A DNA stretch of 64,000 nucleotides from an uncultured Lachnospiraceae bacterium (GCA_947178145.1 CAMWXE010000008.1:19166-83165); one strand, 5' to 3'; positions 1 through 10,025 are shown, counted from the stretch's first letter. The notes: generated by a model from the sequence alone, not told the origin. Made by a program: numbers and translations.

Positions 1-9
1 ACACATACA

Positions 10-378
10 ATGCCAATTATATATAGAACGTCCCAGGCAGGGGCAAGACCAGTAGATTATGAGTTATCCAGAAATATGAAAAGAATACTAAATCAGATGG
101 AGCATGACATTGATAAAATGATTGATGAAGGCGTCATTGATTATTATACGGATCTGAGTATATTTGACAGTTTGATTGATTCTTATTATCAATTATTGAT
201 AAATGATGTCGAACGTCAAGGATTAAGGCACAAAATGGCAATTCATTCAATTGTAGGGGAAATTCAAATTGCATTAAAGGAGCGTAGGGAGATTAAAACA
301 GTAGGGTGTGATTTGATGTCGAATATGGAGGCATTTAAGCAAATAGAGGAGGAAAAAGAGTATGAGAATGTTAAATAG
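10..378 (+). CDS. hypothetical protein
   Basis: 122-aa ORF overlapping the next gene; no recognisable motif; at the window edge. Confidence 0.6.
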   Translation: MPIIYRTSQAGARPVDYELSRNMKRILNQMEHDIDKMIDEGVIDYYTDLSIFDSLIDSYYQLLINDVERQGLRHKMAIHSIVGEIQIALKERREIKTVGCDLMSNMEAFKQIEEEKEYENVK

Positions 379-1204
379 ATTTTTGGGCAAAAAGAAAGAA
401 GAGTATCATTATCTGCCAGAAGTTTTTCAGGCAGCAGTAAAAAGCTATGGATTGGATAACAAAGAGAGTGGATTTAAAATATTTCCAAATGCACCAATGG
501 CAAAAATATTAATTATTTTCTTTATTGTTATTGATTTCAGCTTTATAAAGCAGCTTGCGGATTGTTATTTTGCGGAAACATGGTGGAAAACACTTGCCAG
601 TGCGTTGGTGGTGGCAACTCTTATGGATATCATTCCATCGATTATAGCAGAGCTTGCGAAGATGAAATGCAAACGATGGAATACGTATATTGAAATTGTT
701 GTTGCAACAATAGCATTATTGAGTGTATTCATTGTAGTATTTGCAGTGCGCTGGTATTCACAGGACATCATTTATGAAACTGCATCCACACAGCTTCAGA
801 TTGTGTCGGCGTTTACGCCTGAAGTGGATCATGCAGAGTCTGATATTGCAGGGCGCACAGCAATGACCATATTGTTTGGGTTGATTCCTTTAGTAACCAG
901 CATCATATCATTTTTTATCAGTTATTATGACAATGCTTCTGCGAGTCAAGACAGCAGTTCTAAAAAAATACAGTATCTTTTGCTCAAGGCACAGCTTATT
1001 AATATTGGAGGCAGTATTGAAGAACTTGAGAATGAAAAAATGAGAGATATTCAGTGTTATGATGATACTAATAAAGCCCTAATGCTGGACGATTTGAATC
1101 AATATAAGAAGATAAGCCGTGAAAAAGCAAGGATAAAGGCAGAGTTAAAAAGAAAAATTCCGGAAGTTCTGAATTTTGTTGTTCCGGGCACAAAAGGAGT
1201 GTGA
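362..1204 (+). CDS. membrane protein with ~4 TM helices and C-terminal coiled coil
   Basis: Hydrophobic segments (ILIIFFIVIDF, ALVVATLM, IVVATIALLSVFIVVFAV, ILFGLIPLVTSIISFFI); 3 nt from the next gene. Confidence 0.75.
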   Translation: MRMLNRFLGKKKEEYHYLPEVFQAAVKSYGLDNKESGFKIFPNAPMAKILIIFFIVIDFSFIKQLADCYFAETWWKTLASALVVATLMDIIPSIIAELAKMKCKRWNTYIEIVVATIALLSVFIVVFAVRWYSQDIIYETASTQLQIVSAFTPEVDHAESDIAGRTAMTILFGLIPLVTSIISFFISYYDNASASQDSSSKKIQYLLLKAQLINIGGSIEELENEKMRDIQCYDDTNKALMLDDLNQYKKISREKARIKAELKRKIPEVLNFVVPGTKGV

Positions 1205-1207
1205 GTT

Positions 1208-2521
1208 ATGAAGTCAATATTGAACAGACAATCTGAAATACAAGGAAATCGGGAACAAAGTACTTTATTAAAACGAAATGATGTCATTCTGGCAGAAAAC
1301 CAGTACTATAGCATGGATGATTATAGGACCCGTTGTAATAATAATGTGATCGTAGTTGGTGCACCGGGATGCGGAAAGACGACAGGAATTGTAGAACCCA
1401 ATATATTACAGGCATATGGAAGCTATATTGTCTCAGATCCAAAAGGAAGGCTGTATCGGAAATACGCCAATTATCTTAAAAAGAAAGGATACAATGTGCA
1501 TGTCTTAGATATGACGCAGCCGGACCGCAGTTCACATTACAATCCGTTTTATTTTCTGCACACAACACAGGATGCAGTACGGATGGCGTATGCCATTTCC
1601 TATCAGAAGAATATGGTCTCAAGGGAAGATCCGTTTTGGGATCAGGCATCGACCCTGTTGATCAGTTCATTGATCGACTATCTGAAAAAGTACTGTGCAC
1701 CTAAATATCATACGCTGCACAATCTGGCTTTACTAATATCCATGTGTTATGTAAGCGATACCACACAAAAAAGTACTGTGGATACCATGATGGAAGAATT
1801 GGGAGAAACAGAGCCGGATTGTTTTGCAGTAAACCAGTACAAGAAATTCAGGTCTTCCCCAGCAAAAACACTGCAGTCCATTCTGATTACGGCAGATACT
1901 AAGATGGCGGGACTGGATATGCCCGAATTGAATAAGATGACAGGTAGCTGCGATATTGATTTTAAACATATGGGCAATAAGGCGACAGCGGTTTTTGTGG
2001 TGATTAGCGATACGGACAGATCTATGGACAGTATTGCAAACCTGTTTTTTACACAGGCATTTCAGGAATTATGTAGTTATGCAGATAAAGAATGTACGGA
2101 TGGCAGACTTCCGGTTCCGGTTAGGTTTATTATGGATGATTTTGCCACCAATATATGTATCGATGAATATCCGAGGATTGCGTCCTGCATTCGGTCGAGG
2201 GGAATCTCCAGCATGATTATTTTACAGAGTGAAGGACAACTGAGAGGAGCATACGCGAATGAGGCAGAAACAATCCTGGCGAGTGCGGACACATATGTGT
2301 ATATGGGAGGAAATGATATAGAAACTGCAAAGTCCGTTGCGGTGCGGGCAGACCTTCCTGTTCAGGATATTCTGGCACAACCAATTGGATATACCCGTAT
2401 TTTTCGCAGGGGAAGCAGGGCGGTTTATGCTAGAAATTTTGACTTAGAACTGCACAAAGATATGTTTCATGCGCGTGAGAACAGTTTAGTGGAAAAACTT
2501 AATTTTCTTTGTAGAAGTTAA
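1208..2521 (+). CDS. VirD4/TraG-family type IV coupling-protein-like ATPase lacking an N-terminal TM anchor
   Basis: NNNVIVVGAPGCGKT Walker A, SYIVSDPKG, YNPF, DPFW, VRFIMDDFAT Walker B, RSRGIS..IILQS. Confidence 0.88.
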   Translation: MKSILNRQSEIQGNREQSTLLKRNDVILAENQYYSMDDYRTRCNNNVIVVGAPGCGKTTGIVEPNILQAYGSYIVSDPKGRLYRKYANYLKKKGYNVHVLDMTQPDRSSHYNPFYFLHTTQDAVRMAYAISYQKNMVSREDPFWDQASTLLISSLIDYLKKYCAPKYHTLHNLALLISMCYVSDTTQKSTVDTMMEELGETEPDCFAVNQYKKFRSSPAKTLQSILITADTKMAGLDMPELNKMTGSCDIDFKHMGNKATAVFVVISDTDRSMDSIANLFFTQAFQELCSYADKECTDGRLPVPVRFIMDDFATNICIDEYPRIASCIRSRGISSMIILQSEGQLRGAYANEAETILASADTYVYMGGNDIETAKSVAVRADLPVQDILAQPIGYTRIFRRGSRAVYARNFDLELHKDMFHARENSLVEKLNFLCRS

Positions 2522-2575
2522 AAATATTTTCAATAGTTTATCGCAATATTACATTTAGAAAAGGGGTATGAAAAG

Positions 2576-3178
2576 ATGATGAATGTTGAGGTAAGATCGG
2601 CAAATGGAATTACATTGGTTCCGTTGGAAACAAAGCTATTGGAACATAGGAAAATATTTATTGAAGGAGAGATTACTGAAAAGGTGGCTTGCGAGTTTGC
2701 AGGAAAAGTAATGCTACTTGTGAATGATGACAGCGAAAAATCAATTGATGTTCTGATTCATTCGCATGGTGGCGAGATTAGTGCGGGATTGATGATCTAT
2801 GACATTATGCAGTCCTGTGAGACACCAATACGGATGTACTGTCTTGGCAAGGCTTACAGTATGGCGGCTGTGTTGTTTGCATCGGGACGTTTTGGCAGAT
2901 ATATGCTGCCCAACAGTGAAATTATGCTACATGAGCCGACGCTTGGGAACCGGGTAGGTGGAAACAGTTCCACAATAAAGAGCATCTCGGAAAGCTTGAT
3001 GGAAACCACTCAGAAAATAAACAGGATTCTGGCGAGACATACAGGGAAGACGGAACGCGAGATTGAAGTGACGTCAGCGTATGACCATTATTTTTCATGC
3101 GAGGAAAGTATTGCATTTGGTCTGGCTGACAAGGCAGTGGGGATTATGGAAATCTTAAATGGGAATATCATAAACTGA
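2576..3178 (+). CDS. clpP: ClpP-family serine protease (accessory paralog)
   Basis: RKIFIEGEI, IHSHGGEISAGLMIYD, catalytic AYSMAA and MLHEP, DHYFS..ESIAFGLAD. Confidence 0.88.
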   Translation: MMNVEVRSANGITLVPLETKLLEHRKIFIEGEITEKVACEFAGKVMLLVNDDSEKSIDVLIHSHGGEISAGLMIYDIMQSCETPIRMYCLGKAYSMAAVLFASGRFGRYMLPNSEIMLHEPTLGNRVGGNSSTIKSISESLMETTQKINRILARHTGKTEREIEVTSAYDHYFSCEESIAFGLADKAVGIMEILNGNIIN

Positions 3179-3185
3179 AATTATA

Positions 3186-3401
3186 TTTTTTATCTAGGGT
3201 GTTGACATAGATTTATATTTTGTGATAAAAATTATATAAGATATGCGTGGCACAAATATCGAACATAGCAGAACAAAATATGTCTAAATTGTGAAGAATA
3301 CAAAAATAGTATTGAAACACGTAATTTTCAGAATATTCTGTGAATTACACGCAAAAATGCCCCTTGGAAGCCTTTAAAATCAAGGCTTCTAGAATGACAG
3401 G
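3186..3401 (+). promoter_or_regulatory. CRISPR leader 1 with putative sigma-A promoter
   Basis: AT-rich; TTGACA at 3202-3207 followed by TGTGATAAAA; near-identical copy precedes array 2. Confidence 0.8.
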
Positions 3402-4064
3402 GTAGAAATGAAAGCAGCTCCGGATGGAGCATTGACACTCTGCCAAAAATGTCTGTCCATGCCATAGTTATTCCTGTAGAAATGAAAGCAGCTCCGGATG
3501 GAGCATTGACACAGCAATTTGTACACCCATCATACTGTCAAATGCCGTAGAAATGAAAGCAGCTCCGGATGGAGCATTGACACCACATTTTTCTGAGCCG
3601 TTTATATTTGGCTTCGATTGGCGTCGCCTTTGGCTCTGTGTCATCGTCGGCGCCATCCACATCGGGTAGAAATGAAAGCAGCTCCGGATGGAGCATTGAC
3701 ACGAAGATTAATTCTTCAGGATTCATACCTGCTTTTCGTAGAAATGAAAGCAGCTCCAGATGGAGCATTGACACAAGGAGTGTTAACGAATAATAGATTT
3801 CTTTCTGTAGAAATGAAAGCAGCTCCGGATGGAGCATTGACACAATCTTGCGTCTTGTGTTAAAATAATGTTTTTTTCCGTAGAAATGAAAGTAGCTCCG
3901 GATGGAGCATTGACACAATATTCTCTGAATCTAAATCCCGCAAGACCAACTTGTGTAGAAATGAAAGTAGCTCCGGATGGAGCATTGACACAATCGAAAA
4001 TCCTTTTCAGGAGTTTCGGTTACTAAAGTAGAAATGAAAGCAGCCTTAGGTGGAATATTCGTAT
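3402..4064 (+). CRISPR. CRISPR array 1: 9 repeats (last degenerate), 8 spacers
   Basis: 37-nt repeat GTAGAAATGAAAGCAGCTCCGGATGGAGCATTGACAC at 3402, 3476, 3547, 3666, 3738, 3807, 3880, 3955, degenerate at 4028; spacers 37,34,82,35,32,36,38,36 nt; stem GCTCC/GGAGC. Confidence 0.98.
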
Positions 4065-4195
4065 GTTTGTTCCGCTTGAAACTGCTTTCTTTCTGTTTGA
4101 AGTAAAACAAAGAAAAGAAACCCCTACAGGGATAATTGATTAATTGCATTATTCAGAAGTCAGGAGGATTCATAAGGCAACAAAATATCAGAATA

Positions 4196-4242
4196 AAAAA
4201 GGCAGATATGTGCGTATTTCAAGTGTACATATGTGCCTTTTT
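4196..4242 (+). terminator. intrinsic terminator after array 1
   Basis: AAAAAGGCAGATATGT...ACATATGTGCCTTTTT hairpin plus T tract; conserved after array 2. Confidence 0.7.
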
Positions 4243-4665
4243 GAATTGAATTTTATAGGGAAAAAATAAAAATATTCTTTGTTATAGTACTTTAAAGATA
4301 CAGTAGACATCTGATATATTTAAATGCTTTGAGAATGGTTATGAAAAAGTATTACACAGAAGATTAAAAAAATAAAATTATAGAATGCTATGCTAGCGGT
4401 GTGGGGGTAATATAATTTGTTTTCATAAAAAGATAGTCACAGAGTTGATATCTTACATGCAATACAGGATTAAGAAAAAATAAAATTTTTCAGGGTTATT
4501 ATAAAAATGTGGTTAGGGAAAGGAGGACTTAAGCGTATAAGCACATGGTAGGGAGGTGATCAGGCGCATCAGTAATCTGCAGGGGAGGTGATGATTCATT
4601 TAAGAATACTGTATATGATGAGACTGTATGGTTGTTGTTTCCGTTTAGGAAGGGAGAATACACGT

Positions 4666-5634
4666 ATGAAAAAAATAAGCAGAAAAGTAAATAGGGCTTT
4701 AGCGGTTATGTTAGCGGTTTTGATGATTTCCTCTATGTTTGGCGGAGGAGTACAAAAGGTGAAGGCGGCGGAAGGCAAGGTTATTTATAGAACACACGTC
4801 CAAGACTACGGCTGGCTGGGCTGGACGGACGGAATATCCGGAACTGAGGGAGAAGGGCGTAGGATAGAAGCGGTGGAAATTAGGCTGGAAGGCGTGTCAG
4901 GTAACGTGGCATATAAGACGCATGTGCAGGATTACGGTTGGATTGGAGAGGTGCGCAATGGTCAGACAAGTGGGACGGTGGGAGAGTCACGCCGGGTTGA
5001 GAGCATCCAGATCTGGCTTGAAGGTGAGGCTGCGAATGCATACAGTATACAGTACCGGGTGCATCAGCAGAATGCCGGTTGGGAGGATTGGGTGTCTGAC
5101 GGAATGTCCGCTGGATACGAAGGACAGTCTTTACAACTAGAGGCAATAGAGATCCGTCTGGTTTCCAAAAATGGGAACGCATCAGATAGCGGACAGGACG
5201 AAACACTGAAGTATTTTCAGAGTAATGTTGGCAACCGTATCGCATACTTAGAGGGATATAACACATACTTAGATGGATTTAACGGAATCCCCGGGCAATG
5301 CGTCTGGTATGTGCGCAACAGAGGAAATGAGCGGTTGGGAAGCCAGGGACTGACCGGAATAAGCGGAAACGCAAAAACATGGTTCACGGCAGCTCAGAGT
5401 AAAGGAATAGGAACTGGTGATACACCAAGGGCGAATGCCATAGCGTGTTGGTCAGGAGGTTCATATGGTCATGTGGCATATCTTGAATATTATGATCAGA
5501 ACACAAATACCGTGTATTTTACGGAAGCAAATTTCGGAGGAAACGGAACAGAAGATGGCGTGTTGAAAGCAATGAACCTTGGCGATTTTAAGAACCGGAA
5601 AAACGGGTGGCAGGGCTTTATTTATCTTCAATAG
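4666..5634 (+). CDS. secreted CHAP-domain peptidoglycan hydrolase with 3 ChW (clostridial hydrophobic W) repeats
   Basis: Signal peptide MKKISRKVNRALAVMLAVLMI; repeats YRTHVQDYGW/YKTHVQDYGW/YRVHQQNAGW; CHAP motifs GQCVWYV, YGHVAY, TEAN; start moved to ATG 4666 after GGAG. Confidence 0.88.
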   Translation: MKKISRKVNRALAVMLAVLMISSMFGGGVQKVKAAEGKVIYRTHVQDYGWLGWTDGISGTEGEGRRIEAVEIRLEGVSGNVAYKTHVQDYGWIGEVRNGQTSGTVGESRRVESIQIWLEGEAANAYSIQYRVHQQNAGWEDWVSDGMSAGYEGQSLQLEAIEIRLVSKNGNASDSGQDETLKYFQSNVGNRIAYLEGYNTYLDGFNGIPGQCVWYVRNRGNERLGSQGLTGISGNAKTWFTAAQSKGIGTGDTPRANAIACWSGGSYGHVAYLEYYDQNTNTVYFTEANFGGNGTEDGVLKAMNLGDFKNRKNGWQGFIYLQ

Positions 5635-5679
5635 AAACAATCTCTGTGAAGTATGAAGCATCAAAGTTACTAAAGTAGG

Positions 5680-5720
5680 CATATGTCAGCAGGAAAGGAG
5701 GGCGCTGACATATGTTTTTT
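5680..5720 (+). terminator. intrinsic terminator
   Basis: CATATGTCAGC...GCTGACATATG followed by T run. Confidence 0.75.
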
Positions 5721-5986
5721 GTACTTAATGACGAAAAAATCCTTGTTCTTCCTACTATTATTTGTTATAGTTGAATTGTAGCAGTACAGAATGCGATTTA
5801 GAGAGAATACTCAAATAGAAAACAGACTGCCAATATTTGGATTTTGACTGGATGCATTTGGAATGTTTTTATGGTTTCAGTAATAAATAGCATATCGAGA
5901 TTTTGCGAATGTAAGAATCATATGGGGGCAGAACAAGAACCTGTAAAAATGAAATAACATACATTGTAGTTGACGGGAGGCAGATG

Positions 5987-8900
5987 ATGAAGATATCGAA
6001 ACAAAATCACAGATCATTTAGTGTGAGCAACACAAAAAAAGAAAGGGAGACAATTAAGGGGCATGTGTACCCCAATCCCATTCCTGACAGGTATAATGAA
6101 GAAAAGACAGAAGATATTGTGAGTAGTGCAATAGGACGGATTAAGAGAAGCAAGCTCTACTCTATTTTCAGCCCCTGTCCGGAAGATGCGAACGAGCAGG
6201 AAAAACTTGCTTATGGCAGGATAGAGAGTAATGCGAAAGAGATTGTCGATTTACTGGCAGCGAGGTATGATAACATTGAAGTTGAGAAAAGACTAAACGC
6301 CAAAGTTAATGCATTAAAGGGAAATCACTTTCGTAGCGTGAACCGTGTCAAGGAGTCATCAGTAAAGGGTTATGTCAATTTTTGCGTGGATAATTGTCTG
6401 AAGAACAGTCTTCGAAAAGTGATATATGTAAAACAGGATGATGGTAGTGACATCGAATATTATCTTCCGGATTTAATCAAAGAGCTGCTGATGATTACTT
6501 GTGTGGAGTGTAATGATGATGTTTATTTGGAGAGAATCAGAGCATATCAGAATGATAAACTCGTTTTGGTCGTAAAATGTCTTGATGAAGATGTGAATAA
6601 AAAAGAGCAGTCAAAGCAAATTGTAGATTCCATTGACAACCAGAATGTCAAAGTGCAGGTATTTGACAATGGAAACGGAAAGATTTTAAAGCTCTCGGGT
6701 GCAGAGAAAAAACATGCCCCGCTTTTTAGGTTTATGGCGTCATACGCTGCTGTGGATATCCGGGACAAAAATCTTATGCTGGCGAAATTAAGAAGTTATA
6801 TCACGCTGTTTATAGCCGGCTATTCAACATATGAAGAGGAAGCAGAGATTATTGAGTGTTATAAAAATCAAGACGGTAAACTGATAGTGCCGCGTATTCA
6901 GTATATTGCAGAGCTGCCTGAAAATTCCGCTGTCTTTAGTGAGAAAGCTGGCAGCATTATTTCCGAACTCTACCAGTTTGAAGCTGAGAAGGATAAAACT
7001 GTTCAATATTCTGACGGGAATGCGGCAAAGGATGAACCAATCAGGAAAAAAAGTAAAATCAGCCTGCGCAATGCATATATAAAAGAGGTAAAGAATCAGT
7101 TATGTAAGAATTTTAGAAAAGCCAAAGAAGAGTTGGGTGATGGCGATTCCGATGGTAAGTACTGGGTGACATATATTCGTGATGAGGCGGAAAAAATACT
7201 CTGCGGTAAGAATATCAATAACAAAAAGATTGGACAGGCTTATCTGATTACTTCTATATGGAAGAATATGGTGGCTTACATAGGTACAAAATACATCGAC
7301 ATGGGCAAGGCGGTGTACCATTTTGCAATGCCTGAGAATATGATGGATCTGAAAAATGATAGAGTTTTTGGAGAAGTCAGGAAAGAATATGAGTCGGGAA
7401 TAACAAGTTTTGATTATGAGATGCTCAGGGCATCTGAGATGATACAGCGGGATGTTGCCGTGTACCTTACTTTTGCAATCAATAATTTTGCTCGCAATAC
7501 AGTTATCCCAGGATATAGGGATAAAGAAGGGAATGAGGACATACTGACGAAAGGGACAAAGGAAAAAAAAGAAAAAAAGAAAAAAGAGAAAAATGAGAGT
7601 ATTACTGAAAATGAACTATACAAGGATATGAAAAGGCGGTATCTGCAGTTCTTTGGCGGGCAGAGTAAATGGGAACATTCTGCTGTAAAGCAAGAGACTA
7701 CTAAAGAGTTTGACCTTTTTGAAATTACGAAGGAGCTTTTGTATAATTTGCGGAATGAGAATTTCCATTATACCGGAAAAAGGACAGAAGCTTTTACAAA
7801 CATTGATATCATACAGGGAATGTTTGAATATGAAATCAGTAAGAGCGGAAGCAGCCTCAGAAAGAAATATTATTCCAATAATGTCTTGATGTTTTATGCG
7901 GAAGAGAATGTAACCGGTCTTATGGATAGTCTGTATAACGGGTCGAAATACATACCTGCGCAGATTCCTTCTTTTGCCAATATTCTCTCTCGGGAAAAAG
8001 TGGAACAGTTTCTGGAAGGATATGTTGACAAAGGCGGGATTGGAAACCTTACAGATAAAAAAATGTACTATAATTCCATATACTTTGTGCTGAAAGAGAT
8101 TTATTATTATGGTTTCTTGAAGCAGAATGATTTGGCAGAAAGATTTAAAGCTGCAATGGGTGAATATAAGACGAATCATGATGAAAAGTGGAACTGGGAA
8201 GCGTATAGGCATTTTATGATACGTGTGGATGAAATCTTACAAAACAAAGCGGCAAGTACAGTTTTCCATGAACTATGCCAGAGATTAATAACAGATTTTG
8301 AACAGCAGAACCATAATTATAAAGTGCGCACGTCAAGGACGAGTGAAAAAGATATTTATCAGCATTATAAGATACTGCTTTATCTTGGAATCCGAAATGC
8401 ATTTAAGGAGTATCTGACATCTTATGTGAATGATAAAAATATTGCTGTTTATGATTTTTTAAAGGAACCAGTATATGACAATGAGCGTTTTCAGGCAGTT
8501 TGTGAAAATGAATTTTGCAATGAGTGGAAGGGATGTCATTTATATGACGGATTTTCTAAGTTGAAAGAGGACAGCTATCTTTTGTCATGGTATGTGGCGG
8601 CGCATTTTACAGATGCAAAACAAGTCAATCATCTGATGGGGGACTTTAAGAAGCATATTTCGTTTACGGAGGACATCATCAGACGGCGGGAATTTCTGAC
8701 AGGTAAGCAGATGGACAAAACTGTTCTTGCCAGCCTTGCCAGAAAAAATGACCAGTACAAACAAATCGTGTCAATGCTTGAGTTCGTCCAAGGACAGACC
8801 AATGTATTTTCCAATAAGATTAAAGATTATTTTGAAGACGAAGGCGATGAATATGAAAATGTTCTCGCAAATTACGTAGATTTTGGCGACAGTAAGAGTG

Positions 8901-10009
8901 GAAACAGCACATTACATGATTTCTGTAACAAGAACGTTGACAAAGGAAGCCCGACTGGAACGGTTGGTCTGTTTTATGATCAAGAGAAGCAAATATTAAA
9001 CAGGAATGTCGTAATGGCGTCTATGTTTGGGAGCCATGACATTCTTGCCCCGAATATCAAAAAGATAACCTATGGGGAAATCTGTGATTATTATGCCCAG
9101 ATGGATGCCCTGAAAGAGGTTTTTGAACGAAACTATTGCAAGACAGAGGATGAACTGGTCGCGCTTCGGGCGTACCAGAATGAAAAGAACCGGGTAGAAC
9201 TGACGGATATCCTGATATATTCCGAGATTGTGAATGAATGTCTCTCAAAACTGATTGGCTGGACTTATCTCAGGGAGCGCGACCTGATGTACTTTCAACT
9301 GGGTGTGCAGTATATCAGGCTGTATCACACGCAAAGCGTGGGGAAGGAGGAAAACTGGACGCGGAAGCTTTCCGCAGAGGGAGTTTCCATTCAGAACGGA
9401 GCCATTCTTTATGAAATCGTGGCAATGAATGATTATAATATGCCGTTTTTTTATAAAAAGGACAAAAAGGTTGGGCGGATGACATCTGTCACAATAAGTG
9501 GGAAGGTGATGCCGTTTGTACATACTTATGGTGAAGATGTATATGCGAAAGGATTGGAGTTTTTCGAAAAATATCATAAGGATTATGATGATGTGGTAGA
9601 GTTTCGGAACTACATTGACCATTTTAAGTATTTTGCCACGACAAAGAGAAGTATCCTTGATTTGTACAGCGATGCTTATGACAGACTGTTTGACTATAGT
9701 CCTAATTTCAGGAAGAGTGTTACCTATGTGCTTGAAAATATTTTGCTCAGGTACTTTGCAATAGGGCATATCAGGGTGACACAAGTTGAGAATGCGTATT
9801 GTTATAAGAAGCCACCTATAGCTCGCAAAGCAGCAAAGTTGGAATGGAAGCCTTTCAAAAACGGACTGCTGATATCTGACAAAATGACATTTTCGTATAA
9901 ACAGGAAGATGAGGAAACAGGTAAAGCCAAAAAAGTGAATGTCACTGTGTACGCAAGAAGTAAATTATTTATGGAACAGCTTGCAGCAATCCTTCAATAT
10001 CACAAATAG
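5987..10009 (+). CDS. cas13a: type VI-A CRISPR RNA-guided RNase Cas13a (C2c2)
   Basis: ~1340 aa; N-terminus MKISK as in Lachnospiraceae Cas13a; KYIDMGKAVYHF, GITSFDYE, QFFGG, RERDL motifs; HEPN motifs RNENFH (nt 7751) and RNYIDH (nt 9605); flanked by arrays; GGAGG RBS favours ATG 5987. Confidence 0.96.
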   Translation: MKISKQNHRSFSVSNTKKERETIKGHVYPNPIPDRYNEEKTEDIVSSAIGRIKRSKLYSIFSPCPEDANEQEKLAYGRIESNAKEIVDLLAARYDNIEVEKRLNAKVNALKGNHFRSVNRVKESSVKGYVNFCVDNCLKNSLRKVIYVKQDDGSDIEYYLPDLIKELLMITCVECNDDVYLERIRAYQNDKLVLVVKCLDEDVNKKEQSKQIVDSIDNQNVKVQVFDNGNGKILKLSGAEKKHAPLFRFMASYAAVDIRDKNLMLAKLRSYITLFIAGYSTYEEEAEIIECYKNQDGKLIVPRIQYIAELPENSAVFSEKAGSIISELYQFEAEKDKTVQYSDGNAAKDEPIRKKSKISLRNAYIKEVKNQLCKNFRKAKEELGDGDSDGKYWVTYIRDEAEKILCGKNINNKKIGQAYLITSIWKNMVAYIGTKYIDMGKAVYHFAMPENMMDLKNDRVFGEVRKEYESGITSFDYEMLRASEMIQRDVAVYLTFAINNFARNTVIPGYRDKEGNEDILTKGTKEKKEKKKKEKNESITENELYKDMKRRYLQFFGGQSKWEHSAVKQETTKEFDLFEITKELLYNLRNENFHYTGKRTEAFTNIDIIQGMFEYEISKSGSSLRKKYYSNNVLMFYAEENVTGLMDSLYNGSKYIPAQIPSFANILSREKVEQFLEGYVDKGGIGNLTDKKMYYNSIYFVLKEIYYYGFLKQNDLAERFKAAMGEYKTNHDEKWNWEAYRHFMIRVDEILQNKAASTVFHELCQRLITDFEQQNHNYKVRTSRTSEKDIYQHYKILLYLGIRNAFKEYLTSYVNDKNIAVYDFLKEPVYDNERFQAVCENEFCNEWKGCHLYDGFSKLKEDSYLLSWYVAAHFTDAKQVNHLMGDFKKHISFTEDIIRRREFLTGKQMDKTVLASLARKNDQYKQIVSMLEFVQGQTNVFSNKIKDYFEDEGDEYENVLANYVDFGDSKSGNSTLHDFCNKNVDKGSPTGTVGLFYDQEKQILNRNVVMASMFGSHDILAPNIKKITYGEICDYYAQMDALKEVFERNYCKTEDELVALRAYQNEKNRVELTDILIYSEIVNECLSKLIGWTYLRERDLMYFQLGVQYIRLYHTQSVGKEENWTRKLSAEGVSIQNGAILYEIVAMNDYNMPFFYKKDKKVGRMTSVTISGKVMPFVHTYGEDVYAKGLEFFEKYHKDYDDVVEFRNYIDHFKYFATTKRSILDLYSDAYDRLFDYSPNFRKSVTYVLENILLRYFAIGHIRVTQVENAYCYKKPPIARKAAKLEWKPFKNGLLISDKMTFSYKQEDEETGKAKKVNVTVYARSKLFMEQLAAILQYHK

Positions 10010-10025
10010 GCTTGTTGAAAAGAAG

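Noticed and set aside
2576-3178. ClpP as a prophage prohead protease
   Set aside because: No portal, terminase or capsid genes nearby
4079-4094. Anti-repeat as a tracrRNA
   Set aside because: Only about 15 nt, in cis next to the last repeat, and Cas13a does not use tracrRNA; kept only as a fold-back hypothesis
3468-4149. Short ORFs with repeated VSMLHPELLSFL / VEMKAAPDGALT peptides
   Set aside because: Translations of CRISPR array 1 repeats, not genes
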